In this document: positions 52,301 to 64,000 of the stretch, piece after piece
Position numbering within the stretch: the stretch's first letter is position 1
How the letters are laid out: the number at the start of each line of letters is the position of its first letter
From: Selaginella moellendorffii
Lineage: Eukaryota; Plantae; Lycopodiophyta
Assembly (NCBI RefSeq): GCF_000143415.4
Contig: NW_003314265.1
Location: 1-64,000, forward strand
DNA: 64,000 nucleotides
Direction: 5' to 3'
The notes under the pieces: model-generated
Told to the model about the DNA's origin: nothing
Database searches by the model: none
What the model saw: only the letters and a program-made list of their open reading frames with translations
Translations under genes and position numbers: made by a program

Positions 52301-52600
52301 CACTCTTGTGACGCACGTATCCTCGTTGCCAATTTGTCTGTCCTAACACCTTCCTTTTTCTCTTCCAGCCGAATTGCTACACGAAGATTCTAACTGTCGA
52401 AGGACAGAAGAGAATTTTCATTTATTCCAAGAAGCATATTAAGGTTGGAGAGGAGCTCACGTACGACTACAAGTTCCCGTTCGAGGAACAAAAGATTCCA
52501 TGCCTTTGTGGCGCTGAAAGGTAAGAGCAGCACTCTCAAAGTTTGGCTCTCTCTCTCAGCTTTGGGCTGTGTTTGCAGGTGTCGGCTTTATCTTAACTAA
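49339..52600 (+). CDS. ATXR7: ATXR7/SDG25-like SET1-class H3K4 methyltransferase with a zinc knuckle and GYF-like domain, multi-exon
   Basis: GYF-like [72 protein letters not shown] and [11 protein letters not shown]. Start approximate. Confidence 0.88.
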
Positions 52601-53365
52601 GCGCTCCCGTGCTTGTCTGGCGATAGCTTGTTCTATTGCAGCTCCAGACTCCTCAGGTACATGGATTAAAGGATTTGCCAAAACATCTAGGCTTGTAAGC
52701 TGGATTTATTTTCATATATTAAAAAGCCCAGAGTTTTGCGGTGATGAAAAGCTTTCGCGTTTTGTGTTTTTGCAGAGTCTGGAAGTGCGGCCCCAAAAAG
52801 TCGTTCCAAAGGACCGATTTGGTACGGCTGAAATTCTCGTTGTCTGCCTCACTCTAATTTTTATCAATCAGGTTCCAGGCGTAAAACAGAAAAGCATCCA
52901 TCTCCTTTAGAGGCGCTTGTTTTATATATGGATGTAAGTTCGTTCCTTCAGTTTGATAATATCTCTAACACATTGCAATTCCAGAAAAGTTCCATGTTGA
53001 AGAACATTCGAAAGGCCTGAAAATTCTATTTTATTTCCCCATTAGCAATTGCTTACAAAATTAATAATGCCAAAGCTTTTATTACTAGAAGCTTTTTTAT
53101 TGCAAAGCTTTAGAGAAAATTTAATATAATAAACCTCTAAACTCTTCATGTAAAAGAGTGATAAGATGTTAAGATGACTCACACTATAGTTATAACTATA
53201 AAACAATAATAAAACTTATGAATATATAAATATATATTCACAAGTTTTAAAGCATTAAATACCTCCTAATAGAAGAACTTTTAAAATAATAGGTTAAATG
53301 TAAGCAATAAAAATATATATAAATATAAAAAAATATATAAAATAAATTGTTACACCTAGCAACAC

Positions 53366-53657
53366 TTGGTTTGCCTAATAGTAGTGTTATTTTTACTTGT
53401 TCATCCAATTGATCAAATAAATTTTATAATTATAAGCATGTTTCTAATTTATAAATACAAGATTAATCTTATTGCATATCAACCATTAGATGATAGAATA
53501 AAAAAAAATACTAGAAAGAGTTTAAGAAAGTTTATAAATTATAAACATGTTTATAAAGTATAAATACAAGATTAATCTAAATGAATAACAACTGTTAGAT
53601 GGTAGAATATCTTAGAATATCCAAGTATATTCTAGGTATATCCATTATCATCCCAGC
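53366..53657 (+). repeat. AT-rich ~290-bp direct repeat, copy 1
   Basis: Colinear with 55370-55654 (TTGGTTTGC..AATAGTAGT..AAGATTAATCTTATTGCATATCAACCAT..ATCCCAGC). Confidence 0.75.
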
Positions 53658-55369
53658 ACCAAGTTTGCTAAAAAAACGAAAAATAATTCAAAAAATAGTA
53701 TATAAGAGTTTAAATTATAAAAAAAGTTTTTAAACAAAAGTATATCTTTTTTATAATTATTTAAAAATATTGGGATACTTGGGTTAAGTATTTTTGAGTT
53801 TGAGTAATACTAAACTGAGTAATCTTTCGGGAAGTCCAAATTAAAAAGTTTACACTAAATTTTTATTAATATAGTCATCAAGCCTATTTAAAGTGTTCTT
53901 TAATTAAATAGTTTTATGAAATAAATTTTGAAATACATTTGTAAAACTTAAATCCTCTTTCTTTATTTTTACCAAAGTTATCCTCATTTGATAGTACTGA
54001 TTTGCCATCTAATAAACCATAAAATTCAGGAATTATAATATATAAATCAAACCAAAATTAGTGCAAAATAATATAATTAAACTATATTCCACAAGGAAAG
54101 ATAAATTTTTTGGCCTTAAAAAAAATCTACTATACAAAATTTTTAATATTTATTCTATTATATTGCCATATGTTATAATTTATATTTAAATCACAAATTT
54201 CACGAATTTCAGAAAGTTAATAATTGAAATTTTAGAGAATGGATATTAAACACAATCTCATATTTAATACACTATAAATTTTGCCCACTTTAAAGGTTTT
54301 CTAAATTTATCTTTCATTTTAAATTTGATATAAATTTATAGCTTAGGTAGAAATTGAAAAAACAACCAATAATACAGACCTTTTGCCATCGTGACAATAA
54401 AAAAAAAATATCTAAAAGAACTAGTTAATAAATAATTTTAAATACCTGAAGTTACATTTGCAACACTGCTCCCCCCCTTAGGGAGGATCGACATTTTGTT
54501 GATGTATATTTGAATCTAAACCATCGGCAAGGAAATAACTCTAAAAAAAATTTATGATCATATTATATAAGAAATTTACCAACTTAAGTTAAAGTAACTT
54601 TTTTTTCTATTTAATTAACCCATTTCCATTTTTTTACTTAGAGTTTTCCTTCCTTCACTTCATTTTATACCACTTTTTTTTTCCTTCTTTGCTTTATCTT
54701 TTTTATAGGTAGATGGATGAGTTAGAGTTAGTTAGTTCACTTAGAGTTTAAAAGCACAAAGTTAGATTGGATTTGAGATTTCAAAACTTTGGAATTAATA
54801 AAAATATTATAATTTTTTATGGTATGAAAAAAATGGAGTCTATAATTTTTAGTGGCATGAAAAAGTGGCATGATGAGGTTATTAAAGAGGCACTTGAAAT
54901 AGAAAAAGAATTAAAGAAATAAGAAGGGATTAAAATTTTGAGAGAGTGATGTTGATATAAATGTAAAAATTTGCTTAGGATGAGATAAAAATAGAGGATG
55001 AAATATATTTTGTGATGGTTTTTCTATAATATTTTGAATTAAAATGAAATGAACTAAGAAATTGGCATTAATTTTAATCACTTTTAATGAACAAAATTCT
55101 ATTAATTATTTCGCCAAGCTAAAGGGCAATTCCATATGTCTATGTGTCCTTTAAAGAAAAATTTTCTAAAGAGGTAATTTTTAAGTTTTTATTCTATGCA
55201 CCCACTAGTGATATATGGAGAAATTTGCACCATTTAGTATTTAGTGTTCCCCGAAAATGTCTTATAATGTTTGGAATTTAGTAAAACAAATTAAATAATT
55301 ACTTTTAGACAATAAAAATAATTTAGATGATCTTACAAAAAATTTGCGATGCGTTGCATGTAGTAATGT

Positions 55370-55654
55370 TTGGTTTGCTTAATAGTAGTTTTATTCCTTA
55401 TTATTAATCTAATTGATCAAATAAAAATTTGTAATTATAAACATGTTTATATTTCATAAAAACAAGATTAATCTTATTGCATATCAACCATAAGATGGTA
55501 AAATAAAAAAGAATATAATAGAAAGTGTTTAAGAAAGTTTAAATAAATATATTCATAAATTATAAATACAAAATTAATCTAAATGAATAACAACCATTAA
55601 ATAATAAAATACCATATCTAAGCATGTTCTAAATGTATTTACTACCATCCCAGC
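55370..55654 (+). repeat. AT-rich ~290-bp direct repeat, copy 2
   Basis: Colinear with 53366-53657. Confidence 0.75.
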
Positions 55655-55889
55655 CCTAAAGTAAACCTAAATTTTGGAATCATTTGCACTCAGAATTTTG
55701 ATGAAAACTCAATATTAATATTATTAATATTATTAATGCTTAAAACAGAACTTTGAAAACCCAAGATCTCGGCCGTTCGTTGTAGATGCCCAATATTTCT
55801 TTTGTGATTTTAGGGCTTGTGAGGGGTGGGGAGCGCGGGTCTCTCAGCTGGCGGATTGACGCATTCGCTGTTTTCGATCGCCATCGGCA

Positions 55890-58722
55890 ATGCACGACAA
55901 TGTGCTGCTCCATCTCTCCTCCAATTCCAACCATTCAGACTCGCTGCCGTCCAAGCTCGCCAAGCTCGAAGCCAGGATGGCTGGGAAATCTATCCCCGCC
56001 GCCAAGCCCCTTCCCGACGCTTCTCCCTCTTCCACAGACTCGGACGAAGATGTAAGTCTAGGCCACTAGACAGAATCTCAACTCCCTGTTTTCTTCTTTT
56101 CCATTATATGCCACAGAACGCTGGAGACTTTATGATCCAAGCCAGCGCCAGCTCACAGAAGAGAAAGACATTTCAAATGGACGAGTCGCGAGAAGTAAGC
56201 GAATGGACAGTCACGTATACATTCTCGCTAAGTTTTTTTTTTTTTTCTCCAGGAGGAAAAGCTGGATCACGAAGGCAGGACAACAAAGAGCAGCCGAGGA
56301 ATGGGCCAACGAGGCCGGGGTGGAAAAGCAAAAGAGGCCAAGCGTCCTCACTCACCACCTTCTGCAAAGGTAGATTTTTCTTTTCTATTCAGTTTGAGCG
56401 TCTTGTATCGTTTCCTGAAGGTTGACAACGGGAATGGTGCGGAACACAAGGTCAGTGTTGCTCTCGTGGGGCTTTGTTTTTCTCTCTAATAACTCTTCTA
56501 TCTTATTGTTTCTCAGAGGTTTTCGGAGGACGAGCGACTTAAGGTACGTTTTTATATTTGATACGTTCGTGAGGTATTTCTTTTTCCTGGCAAATTTCAG
56601 GTTTTCCTGAGAGATGTCTTGTGGAGTAAATTTTCTACAGAGGATCATTGGATAATCTGTTGGTAGCAGGAAGACCTGATGACATTGAATGCGAGGTGTG
56701 CGGGGCTTGGTGAGGAGCTTGACAAAGCTAGATCAGAAGCTTGCCAATACCAGAGAACCTGCCAGCAGCTAGAGAAGGTGATATGCTGTGTCTTTTGGCA
56801 ATTTCGGACTTCATTCTTGAAATGTTCTCAGGAAATAAACGACATGAAGGAAGTACAGCTCGAGAAGGAGCGAAAGGTAGACATGAACGTTGTTGCCTTT
56901 TGCTGACTCGTGTGTGGTCACAGCGATTGAAGGTCGTGTCTGATCTACTGATAGCAGTTGCAAAAGGTGAGAGGCAGGAAGCAAGATTAAGGGTCCGTCA
57001 GGATTCAGTCCGGCTTGGAAACGTGGGAGTCATGCGGTAAGTGACTCTATGAAAGTATGATATTGTATCCATAGGCTTGCATCTGGCAGGGCAGGCACCT
57101 TACTGTCTGAGGTTTGGGAAGATGGACAAGCATTGAAAGACATTCAAGCTCGTCTGGTAAACTCAAAAGTTTTCTGTGCCAGCGCGTTATATTTTTTCTA
57201 TGCAGAAATCGCTCTTGGAACAAAAAGATGCTATTGAGAAACAAAGAAAGCTTCTAAAGAAAAAACAAAACGGTATTGGTTTCGGCTACTTTCCGCAAAG
57301 CATATTTCTTATAAAAATTCATGCAGATAAAACAGATGCTTCGGAAAGTGATCAGGGACTTGCCGAAGAAGAATGTATAGCAACGGAAGAGATGTACAGG
57401 GCGCGGATTTTTTCGATTAAAAGGGTTTGTGAATGTTTCACTTTGGGGGATTACTGACTACTCTTGTACAGGAGGAGGAGAACACACTGCGAGATCGCGA
57501 GCGCTATGAGCTAGAAAAAGCCTGTTTCATTCGCGAGCTCAAAAGAATCAGGGACGAAGATGGATCGCGTTTCAATCACTTTCCAATCCTCAACAAACGT
57601 TACGCGTTGCTGAATCTCCTGGGAAAAGGCGGCTTCAGCGAAGTATACAAGGTAAGCCCCACTCAGCTGGGATCAACTTCCTTTCCAGAAAAGTGATGTT
57701 TGTCGCGCTTGTTAGGCTTACGATATGGTGGAATACAGATATGTGGCCTGCAAGCTGCACGGTCTTAACGTCCAATGGAGCGAAGAAAAGAAGCAAAACT
57801 ACATCCGTCACGCCATCCGAGAGTACAACATCCACAAGAGCTTGGTGCACTCTCACATTGTGAGGTTGTGGGACATTTTCGAGATCGACCACAATACTTT
57901 CTGTACCGTGCTACAATACTGCGGAGGTTTGTCTACGCTTTTCTTTTGCATCAGACTTACTCGTGGTTTGCAGGCAAAGATCTGGATGCCGTCTTAAAAT
58001 CGACGTCAGTGCTTCCGGAAAGAGAAGCTCGGAGCATCATGGTCCAGATCTTCTCCGGCCTCGTATACTTGAACAGAAGATCGCAGCGCGTCATCCACTA
58101 CGATCTCAAGCCTGGGAACGTCCTCTTTGACGAAGCTGGCGCGGCCAAACTCACAGACTTCGGACTAAGCAAAATAGTGGAAGACGAGGTTGGCTCGCAG
58201 GGAATGGAACTCACGTCTCAGGGCGCAGGGACATACTGGTAAAACTTTCCTTCCATCGTCGAAACAATACAAGCTAGAGAGCCATGACTTTGTTACAGGT
58301 ATCTTCCGCCCGAGTGTTTTGATGTGAACAAGACACCACTTATATCGTCAAAGGTGCGTTGTTCTCTCTTTTATTTCTTCAGTGGATAGATATTGAAACT
58401 ACTGCGTCCAGGTTGATGTGTGGTCGGCCGGAGTGCTCTTCTATCAAATGCTATTTGGGAAGAGGCCGTTCGGGCATGACCAAAGCCAGGAGAGGATTCT
58501 ACGCGAGGATACAATCACCAAGGCGAGGAAAGTGGAGTTTCCAACGCGTCCTAGTGTCTCCGCTGATGCCAAGGTAATGCGCTTCGTTTCCACTGGCGCT
58601 CCATTCTATTTCTTGTGCAGGACTTTATCCGGAGGTGCCTATCATACGATCAAATGGACAGGCCTGATGTCTTGACCGCAGCACAAGATCCTTACTTGTC
58701 CTATGTCAAACGCAAACCTTGA
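55890..58722 (+). CDS. TSL: Serine/threonine kinase TOUSLED, multi-exon
   Basis: N-terminal [67 protein letters not shown] and [10 protein letters not shown]. Confidence 0.95.
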
Positions 58723-58806
58723 GAACGAAGGAATGACCGTGTAAGAAAAAACCAGAGCTTACCATTATCAACACTTAGAAACAAGCCTTCGATTCCAAAT
58801 TGGTGT

Positions 58807-60581
58807 TCACGGCTCCAGTGCAGCCAAAACAATACGCGCTGCCGTCCGGCTTGGACTCTGTAACGCTTCTGGCGGTTGAATCATGTGTAGCACCGACTCG
58901 GCGGCTTTAGCTTGATCTTCTCTGGCAGCCACAGGGTCTTCCAGAATATTTCTGTGAAGATAGACAAAGTTTAATACCAAAAACTGCGAAAGAGTGAATT
59001 CTTACCCAAGCAAGCATGCCAGGCGGTCTGGTTTGCAGGAGGAGAAAAGAGCTTCTGGAACAGCAGGCGAGTCCAGCAAAATGTTTGGCAAAGAAACATA
59101 CTTGAGCACTGTCCGCTGCTTGATGATCCACTCGGTAAGAATATTTGCTCGGTACGCAACCACGCAAGGCACACGACACATTTGTAGCTGCATTACTGCC
59201 GTACCCGACGTAACCAAGGCAGCATCACTGGCCTGCGAAAGGAAAAAAAAGCAAAGAGCATGAGAGTATGAGATGGCGACTTCGAAACTTAACTGCGAAC
59301 GAGTTGTACTTGTCTTCGAGGGAGGCACCCGGGACGACGACTACAGGCAGCCCCCAATCTCTCACAGCCATGTCAATAATCCCGGTAAGCGTGCGATTTG
59401 GAACGGTTGGTATAATAGCAGCCAGGCCAGGAAAGCTTCGAGACAGGTGTTTCAATGCCGAGCCATAAATCGGGAGCATTTTATGAAGCTCCTGCGCTCG
59501 GCTTCCTGGAAGCACTGTAATAACAGGTGATTCTGCAAGAAAAAAGCGAGAAAATAAGTCCACAAAACCGAAATAGTTTGATAATTTTACCACTTGTAAG
59601 GTTATGATCTTGCCGGAACTTCTGGCCATTCCCGTGAATCATCCACTTGCTCTGAATCACGTTAAAATCCTGCAAAAACGACGTAAGAAACTGGAGTGTT
59701 GCTTTGCTAATCAAGAAGCTAGCCATACAGCAGATTTACCAGCCAAGTCAAATGCGTCGTCCAGCACGGGATGCCCAACAAACGAGGCATTTAAGCCGCT
59801 CGACTTGCATATCCCTTCTTCAAACGGAAGAATGCAAAGCAAGTGATCCACAACTTCTGACAAGTTTCGAAGTTTCTCCTCGCCCCCTTTCCAGGCCCAG
59901 AAGGACGGGCACACATAATGAACACAGAATGGACCCGGTACCTTCGACTTTGCACAGAAATCTAAGCAAAGAGCAAGGTGACATAAGAAAGAAAAAACAA
60001 GAGGAAGCGAACTTCACACAAGAATACAAAATCAAAGCATAATATCCGTACCTTTGATTTTTCTTAGAAAGCGAAACGAGAAACCTTTAGAGTCGATCGT
60101 CACAATGATATGTGGATCAAATCGGACAGCGGCGTCCACGGCTTGATGCAACCTCCTCTAACAACAAACAAAGCTTTTGGTAAAAGAGTAAAAGCACCGA
60201 ATTGACAGAGCTTACCGATAACGTTATCAAGTGCGGCAAAAGCTCCGGTACTCCCATGACCGCAAGATCATCCATCTCGAAAATACTCTTCACTCCCTCT
60301 CGCTCCATGCAAGACCTGGATGAAAATGACCAATGCCAGCCAGTTCCCTCGAATCGAAGAACTTACCCACCGATGCCAGACAGCCGCAGAGAAGCCGGCC
60401 ACAATTCTCGCATTGCCGCCAAGAGGCGCCCGCCGATGACATCACCGGACGGCTCTCCAGCCACGACAAACACACGCACAGGATCGTCGATCGTCCTCCT
60501 CCCCGGAGAAACCGCATCGCCAGACAGCCATCTGCGCCACACGCGCCGCGCCGGGCAAGAGCGCAGTAGCCATGGCGCCAT
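58807..60581 (-). CDS. LPXB: Lipid-A-disaccharide synthase, mitochondrial, multi-exon
   Basis: VFVVAGEPSGDVIG, LAVMGVPELL, TIDSKGFSFR, YVCPSFWAWKG, CILPFE, FVGHP, LPGSRAQE, SGTAV and SLPNILL. Confidence 0.93.
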
Positions 60582-60834
60582 AGCCCCGCCCGCTAGAACC
60601 CTAAAATCGAAAACCCAAGCCCTAAATCTGACCGTTGGAGGCGCGTTAACTACGGTTAGCCAAACAACCACGGCAGTTAAAATCTGACCTCTTCAAACGT
60701 CAAAATTCACTCACATGGCACAAAGATACCTTTGATGCCGACACTCCACCACCTTTGATTTTTTGGCATTGAAGAAATTCTGCGAGCTAATTGGCCGCGT
60801 TACTCGTTCGCCGGTTTTTTCCAGTTTTCCCGTC

Positions 60835-60950
60835 CACATCACCTCCACGTCACCTGACATACCATGCCCGCTCACGTGGCAGGGCTCCACTGTGGAATGG
60901 GCTGTTTCTTGGATTTTATTCTCGAGCCATAGAACCTCCAGTGTATAAAT
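60835..60950 (+). promoter_or_regulatory. ACGT/G-box elements and TATA box upstream of the hydrolase-like gene
   Basis: CCACGTCA (~60845), CACGTGGC (~60873) and TATAAAT (~60944). Confidence 0.4.
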
Positions 60951-61099
60951 GCCATCATCTCTGGGCGAGCCAAGTAACTACACTCCAGGTACCCTCCCCC
61001 AATTAGCTTATTAGATTGACTCTAAACACTTCATCCTTCCTCCTCGTTCTTCGGCGTGTTCTTGGAATTTTTTTTCCTGCTGGCCTCGCTCGATCAGAA

Positions 61100-62095
61100 A
61101 TGATCCAACAAGAGCAGCAGCACCTTGATGTCATCTCCCAGATCCCTCCAAATCCTCGCGCGGTGCTGTTCATCGCCCACGAAGGAAACGGATCGCCGCT
61201 CACGTATTGGGAGCCGCAGCCGCAGCAGCCGAATTGCACGGGAGTCCCCGACCACGTCGCCATTGTCAAGCACGCCCTCAGCCGCGGCTACGCCGTCATC
61301 GCCATCAAGAGCGTCAAGAGCTTCTGGCAGGACTGGCCGCCGCAAGCCTCGCAGGACGCTCACAACGTAGTGTCCGTCCTCGTCTCCTGGACCGCGCAGC
61401 ACGGCCTGGAGCGCGCGCCGATCGTCGGTCTCGGCTCCGGCTCCGGCGGCAACTTCCTCTCCATGCTCGCGCTCACCATCAAGTTCTCGGCGCTCGTCTT
61501 GATGGTGTCCCCGGGCCTCCACAAGGCGCTGGAGCGAGCGAAGATGGCCCCGGCTTCAACTTATCCTCCGGTTCTGTTCGTCCATATGCCGAAGGACCAG
61601 ACCACCGCGTCAAAGATCCACAGTCACGAGCAGCTGCTGCGAGCAAAAGCCATACCTGTTGCTCAAGTCTGCTGCGAGGAGTTCCCGATCGCTCCCTTCT
61701 ACTTTGCTGCGCACATCCCCGGCTTTGGATCCGATGCCTCCACCAAGCTCCATGCAGCGATGCAGGCCGAGGGCGTCATCGACGGTTTGGGACGTGTTCT
61801 ATCGGCTCCCCGGCCTCCGGATGTCTGCCTCATGCTCGAGAAGTTTGATGTTTTGCCACTCCAGAGGGACGACCACAGCTATGCGAGGCTCCTGGCTGAG
61901 CACATTCACTCGCTGATGAGAGTCGCGCAAGGCCGGCATGCTACCACCGGGAGAAAGTGTCCGGAGATTTTCAACTGGCTCGACAACCAGGTGTGGGGGC
62001 ATCCACTTCTTCCAAATTTTCCACATCCAAAGCCACCACCAATTGCCACCTCGCAGCATCGGCTGCCGTTTTCGAAGTTCCATCACGGGAACTGA
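61100..62095 (+). CDS. Intronless alpha/beta-hydrolase-fold protein of unknown function
   Basis: Long ORF with AVLFIAH, ALSRGYAVIAI, nucleophile-elbow-like GLGSGSGG, YPPVLFVHMPKD and a late H (GRHAT). Confidence 0.75.
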   Translation: MIQQEQQHLDVISQIPPNPRAVLFIAHEGNGSPLTYWEPQPQQPNCTGVPDHVAIVKHALSRGYAVIAIKSVKSFWQDWPPQASQDAHNVVSVLVSWTAQHGLERAPIVGLGSGSGGNFLSMLALTIKFSALVLMVSPGLHKALERAKMAPASTYPPVLFVHMPKDQTTASKIHSHEQLLRAKAIPVAQVCCEEFPIAPFYFAAHIPGFGSDASTKLHAAMQAEGVIDGLGRVLSAPRPPDVCLMLEKFDVLPLQRDDHSYARLLAEHIHSLMRVAQGRHATTGRKCPEIFNWLDNQVWGHPLLPNFPHPKPPPIATSQHRLPFSKFHHGN

Positions 62096-62766
62096 GAGAT
62101 CTCTCTCACAATCACTCTAGAGTGATTGCCTCTCCACGATCGATCCGCGCTCCACGAGGTTCCTGCGCTTGCAATGTGTTTGTATTGTAACCGATTACTG
62201 CAAACGGAAACAGTAGTGTCAGTACTAGAGAAGATTAAATCTGATACGCAGAGCTCTTACGTGCAAGATCCACGACCTGCTTGAGCATCAGATGCGATAT
62301 CATCGGATGTCATCCAGTTATCTATCCATATGTGCTACACTGTGAGGAAAAATAAAATCTTTCAGTTCAGTATCATTAACAATGGTCTAAAAGCTCACAG
62401 GGAGGAAGAACGCAAGAGAGCAAACAAATATTTCTTCTACAAGCACACAGATTTCTCCTCCTCCTTTGCATTCAACACAGGACAGTCTATCTCCGGCAGA
62501 AGAAGCAGATCAAACGCAACGAGATCAAGCGCGCAGCGCAGCTATTCCGCTCAAAATCTAGCGATGACAATGGCGTTGGACTAGGATACCTTTGGGAATG
62601 GCGCCCGCCGCCATCGCCGGAGGAAGAGCGCGCCGGCGAAGAGAAGGAGAAGCCCTAGAACGTTCTTCCGTTGAGATCGATGTGATGTGGCAAACGGGCT
62701 TCCGTAAACTACGAGGAGGAATTACTCTCCTGTTTGCATTACCGCTTTCTAGGGTTTTAGCGATCG

Positions 62767-63406
62767 ATGGAGGCGCGAGGGGAGGCCGCGGCGGATGACG
62801 CGAGCCTGGCGGAGATTCTAGCCCATCCAGACATCTCCGCGCAGCTCCATCGCCCGGAGGAATTCTCCAAGGTAAAATTTGCCATCGAAATATCGACATT
62901 TCGTGGGGATTTCTCTCGTTTCTCGTCACGGGCAGTCGCAGCACGGTGGCTCGCACAAGTTCCTGGTGAGCATCAGCGTTGTTGATAGCGCCGGGCCATT
63001 GCGATTCGTGGTGGATTCGAGCGATACTGTGGAGAGCGTTATCCGCCATGCGCTGCAGGAGTACGAGCACGAAGGCCGCATCCCGCCGCTGGGAACTGAT
63101 CCCAGGCCATTCGAGCTCTATTCTGCTCACGACATCTCGGAAGGTAATCTCTCTCGGCTTTTTCATTCATTGTTCTACCATTTCTTCATGTGTTCTAGAT
63201 GCTTTGCTTGTACAGCTCTAGAGGATAAGCTCCGGATTGGCGATGCTGCTGGAGTGCGAGACTTTATCCTTCACAGACGTCCCGATGGCGATCGAATTGC
63301 AGCGCAAAAGGATGATCACCCAACTTCTTGGAGATCGAGACTAATTGCAGCGGTGGCTGCTCACTTTGGCAGCAACAGCAGTGGTGGTGACTCGCATCGC
63401 CCGTGA
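62767..63406 (+). CDS. At4g22758-like small protein (ubiquitin-like fold, uncharacterised), 3 exons
   Basis: KFLVSISVVDSAGPLRFVV..DTVESVIRHALQEYEHEGRIPPLG..FELY, with an in-frame intron at 62872-62936. Confidence 0.75.
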
Positions 63407-63777
63407 ATTTGCGACCAAGGCAAGTTTCCATTTTTTTTTTCTCCTTTTCGTTGCTCTGGAGATCGAAAGTAACGCTCGGTAGTTTCTCTTCACCTCGCCC
63501 GCTGCTGCGAGTCCCTTGCCATTTTTACAGGCGTTTCCAGCGAGGACGGATCGAGCGAGCGATCCACGATCAAATGAACGATTCCCCAAAATGCGATCAT
63601 CGATAGAGGCTGTGTGGCTCTGACACAATCACACACACCCACACACACGAACAGAGAGCAGGCGATACGAGCCATTGGTTTCACTTGTCATAATAATACT
63701 TTGCTCTTTAATTTGTTGCTCGTCGATGGGGATGTTACAAGCGAATGATTTCCAGCGCGTAAGCTTTTTTTGCGCAG

Positions 63778-63920
63778 CACGTGGCCCCGGCGGCTCACGT
63801 GACGTGTGACGGGGGACGTGGGGTTCGAGCCGCACGGGGCCAAAAACGTACTGCCACGTCATGACCATAAGCCATGAGCTGGCATGCCATGTTACATGCC
63901 CCCATGCCGCGTATGCATGG
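63778..63920. promoter_or_regulatory. Dense G-box/ABRE + CATG (RY-like) cluster
   Basis: CACGTG at 63778 and 63796, further ACGTG/CCACGTC cores, about six CATG cores including TGCATG at ~63914. Confidence 0.5.
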
Positions 63921-64000
63921 GGCAATCATGGATTGTTGATGGTGGCCGTTAAGGGGGAATTTGGCAAATCGGAGGGAATCCGATCCCGGTCGTCGCCGGT

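Noticed and set aside
21445-58722. Cluster of chromatin regulators (PHD, SET-TPR, ATXR7, TSL)
   Set aside because: The genes are interspersed with unrelated ones, and this density is plausible by chance in a compact genome.
58807-60581. Bacterial lipid A enzyme as a recent horizontal transfer or contamination
   Set aside because: It has many spliceosomal introns and a transit-like N-terminus, and nuclear LpxB is known across land plants.
62285-62325. In-frame TGA or C/D-box-like TGATGA/CTGA motifs on the minus strand
   Set aside because: Other stops occur in the same frame and the spacing is too short for a snoRNA.
62380-62470. AAGCTCACAGGGAGG resembling miR390 and a purine/pyrimidine pseudo-hairpin
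   Set aside because: The match to miR390 is poor and there is no clean stem.
1-64000. CRISPR arrays, operons or prokaryotic defence systems
   Set aside because: The sequence is intron-rich plant nuclear DNA with no regularly spaced repeat-spacer array.

Overview
Eukaryotic, land-plant nuclear DNA. The very short GT-AG introns (~45-70 nt), tiny intergenic gaps, GC-rich genes and AT-rich decayed transposons suggest a Selaginella-like lycophyte (inference). Intact genes: GUF1/LepA, an MS1/MMD1-family PHD protein, an intronless TPR+SET protein, an AAA+ ATPase, an R2R3-MYB, COG8, SRP72, glucosidase II alpha, an ATXR7-like SET1-class methyltransferase, TOUSLED kinase, LpxB, an alpha/beta-hydrolase-like protein and an At4g22758-like protein, plus tRNA-Gln(CTG) and tRNA-Ala(AGC). 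The accessory DNA is the most informative part. (1) A structurally complete 7.3-kb TIR DNA transposon (33651-40973; TATGGC termini, 5-bp TSD) carries a decayed, intron-containing IS3/rve-type DDE transposase and a possible HECT-like cargo, resembling IS3EU elements, which are not a standard plant superfamily. (2) A Crinkler/RHS-like NTPase+REase pseudogene sits beside tRNA-Gln. (3) A Pack-type TIR element carrying a CPL1 fragment splits a glyoxalase II pseudogene. (4) A short-LTR Ty3/Gypsy element has a tRNA-Ala primer site and a MITE in its 3' LTR, and is followed by a sister copy whose LTR-end/PBS is micro-inverted. All protein calls come from motif recognition by eye; no database searches were run.
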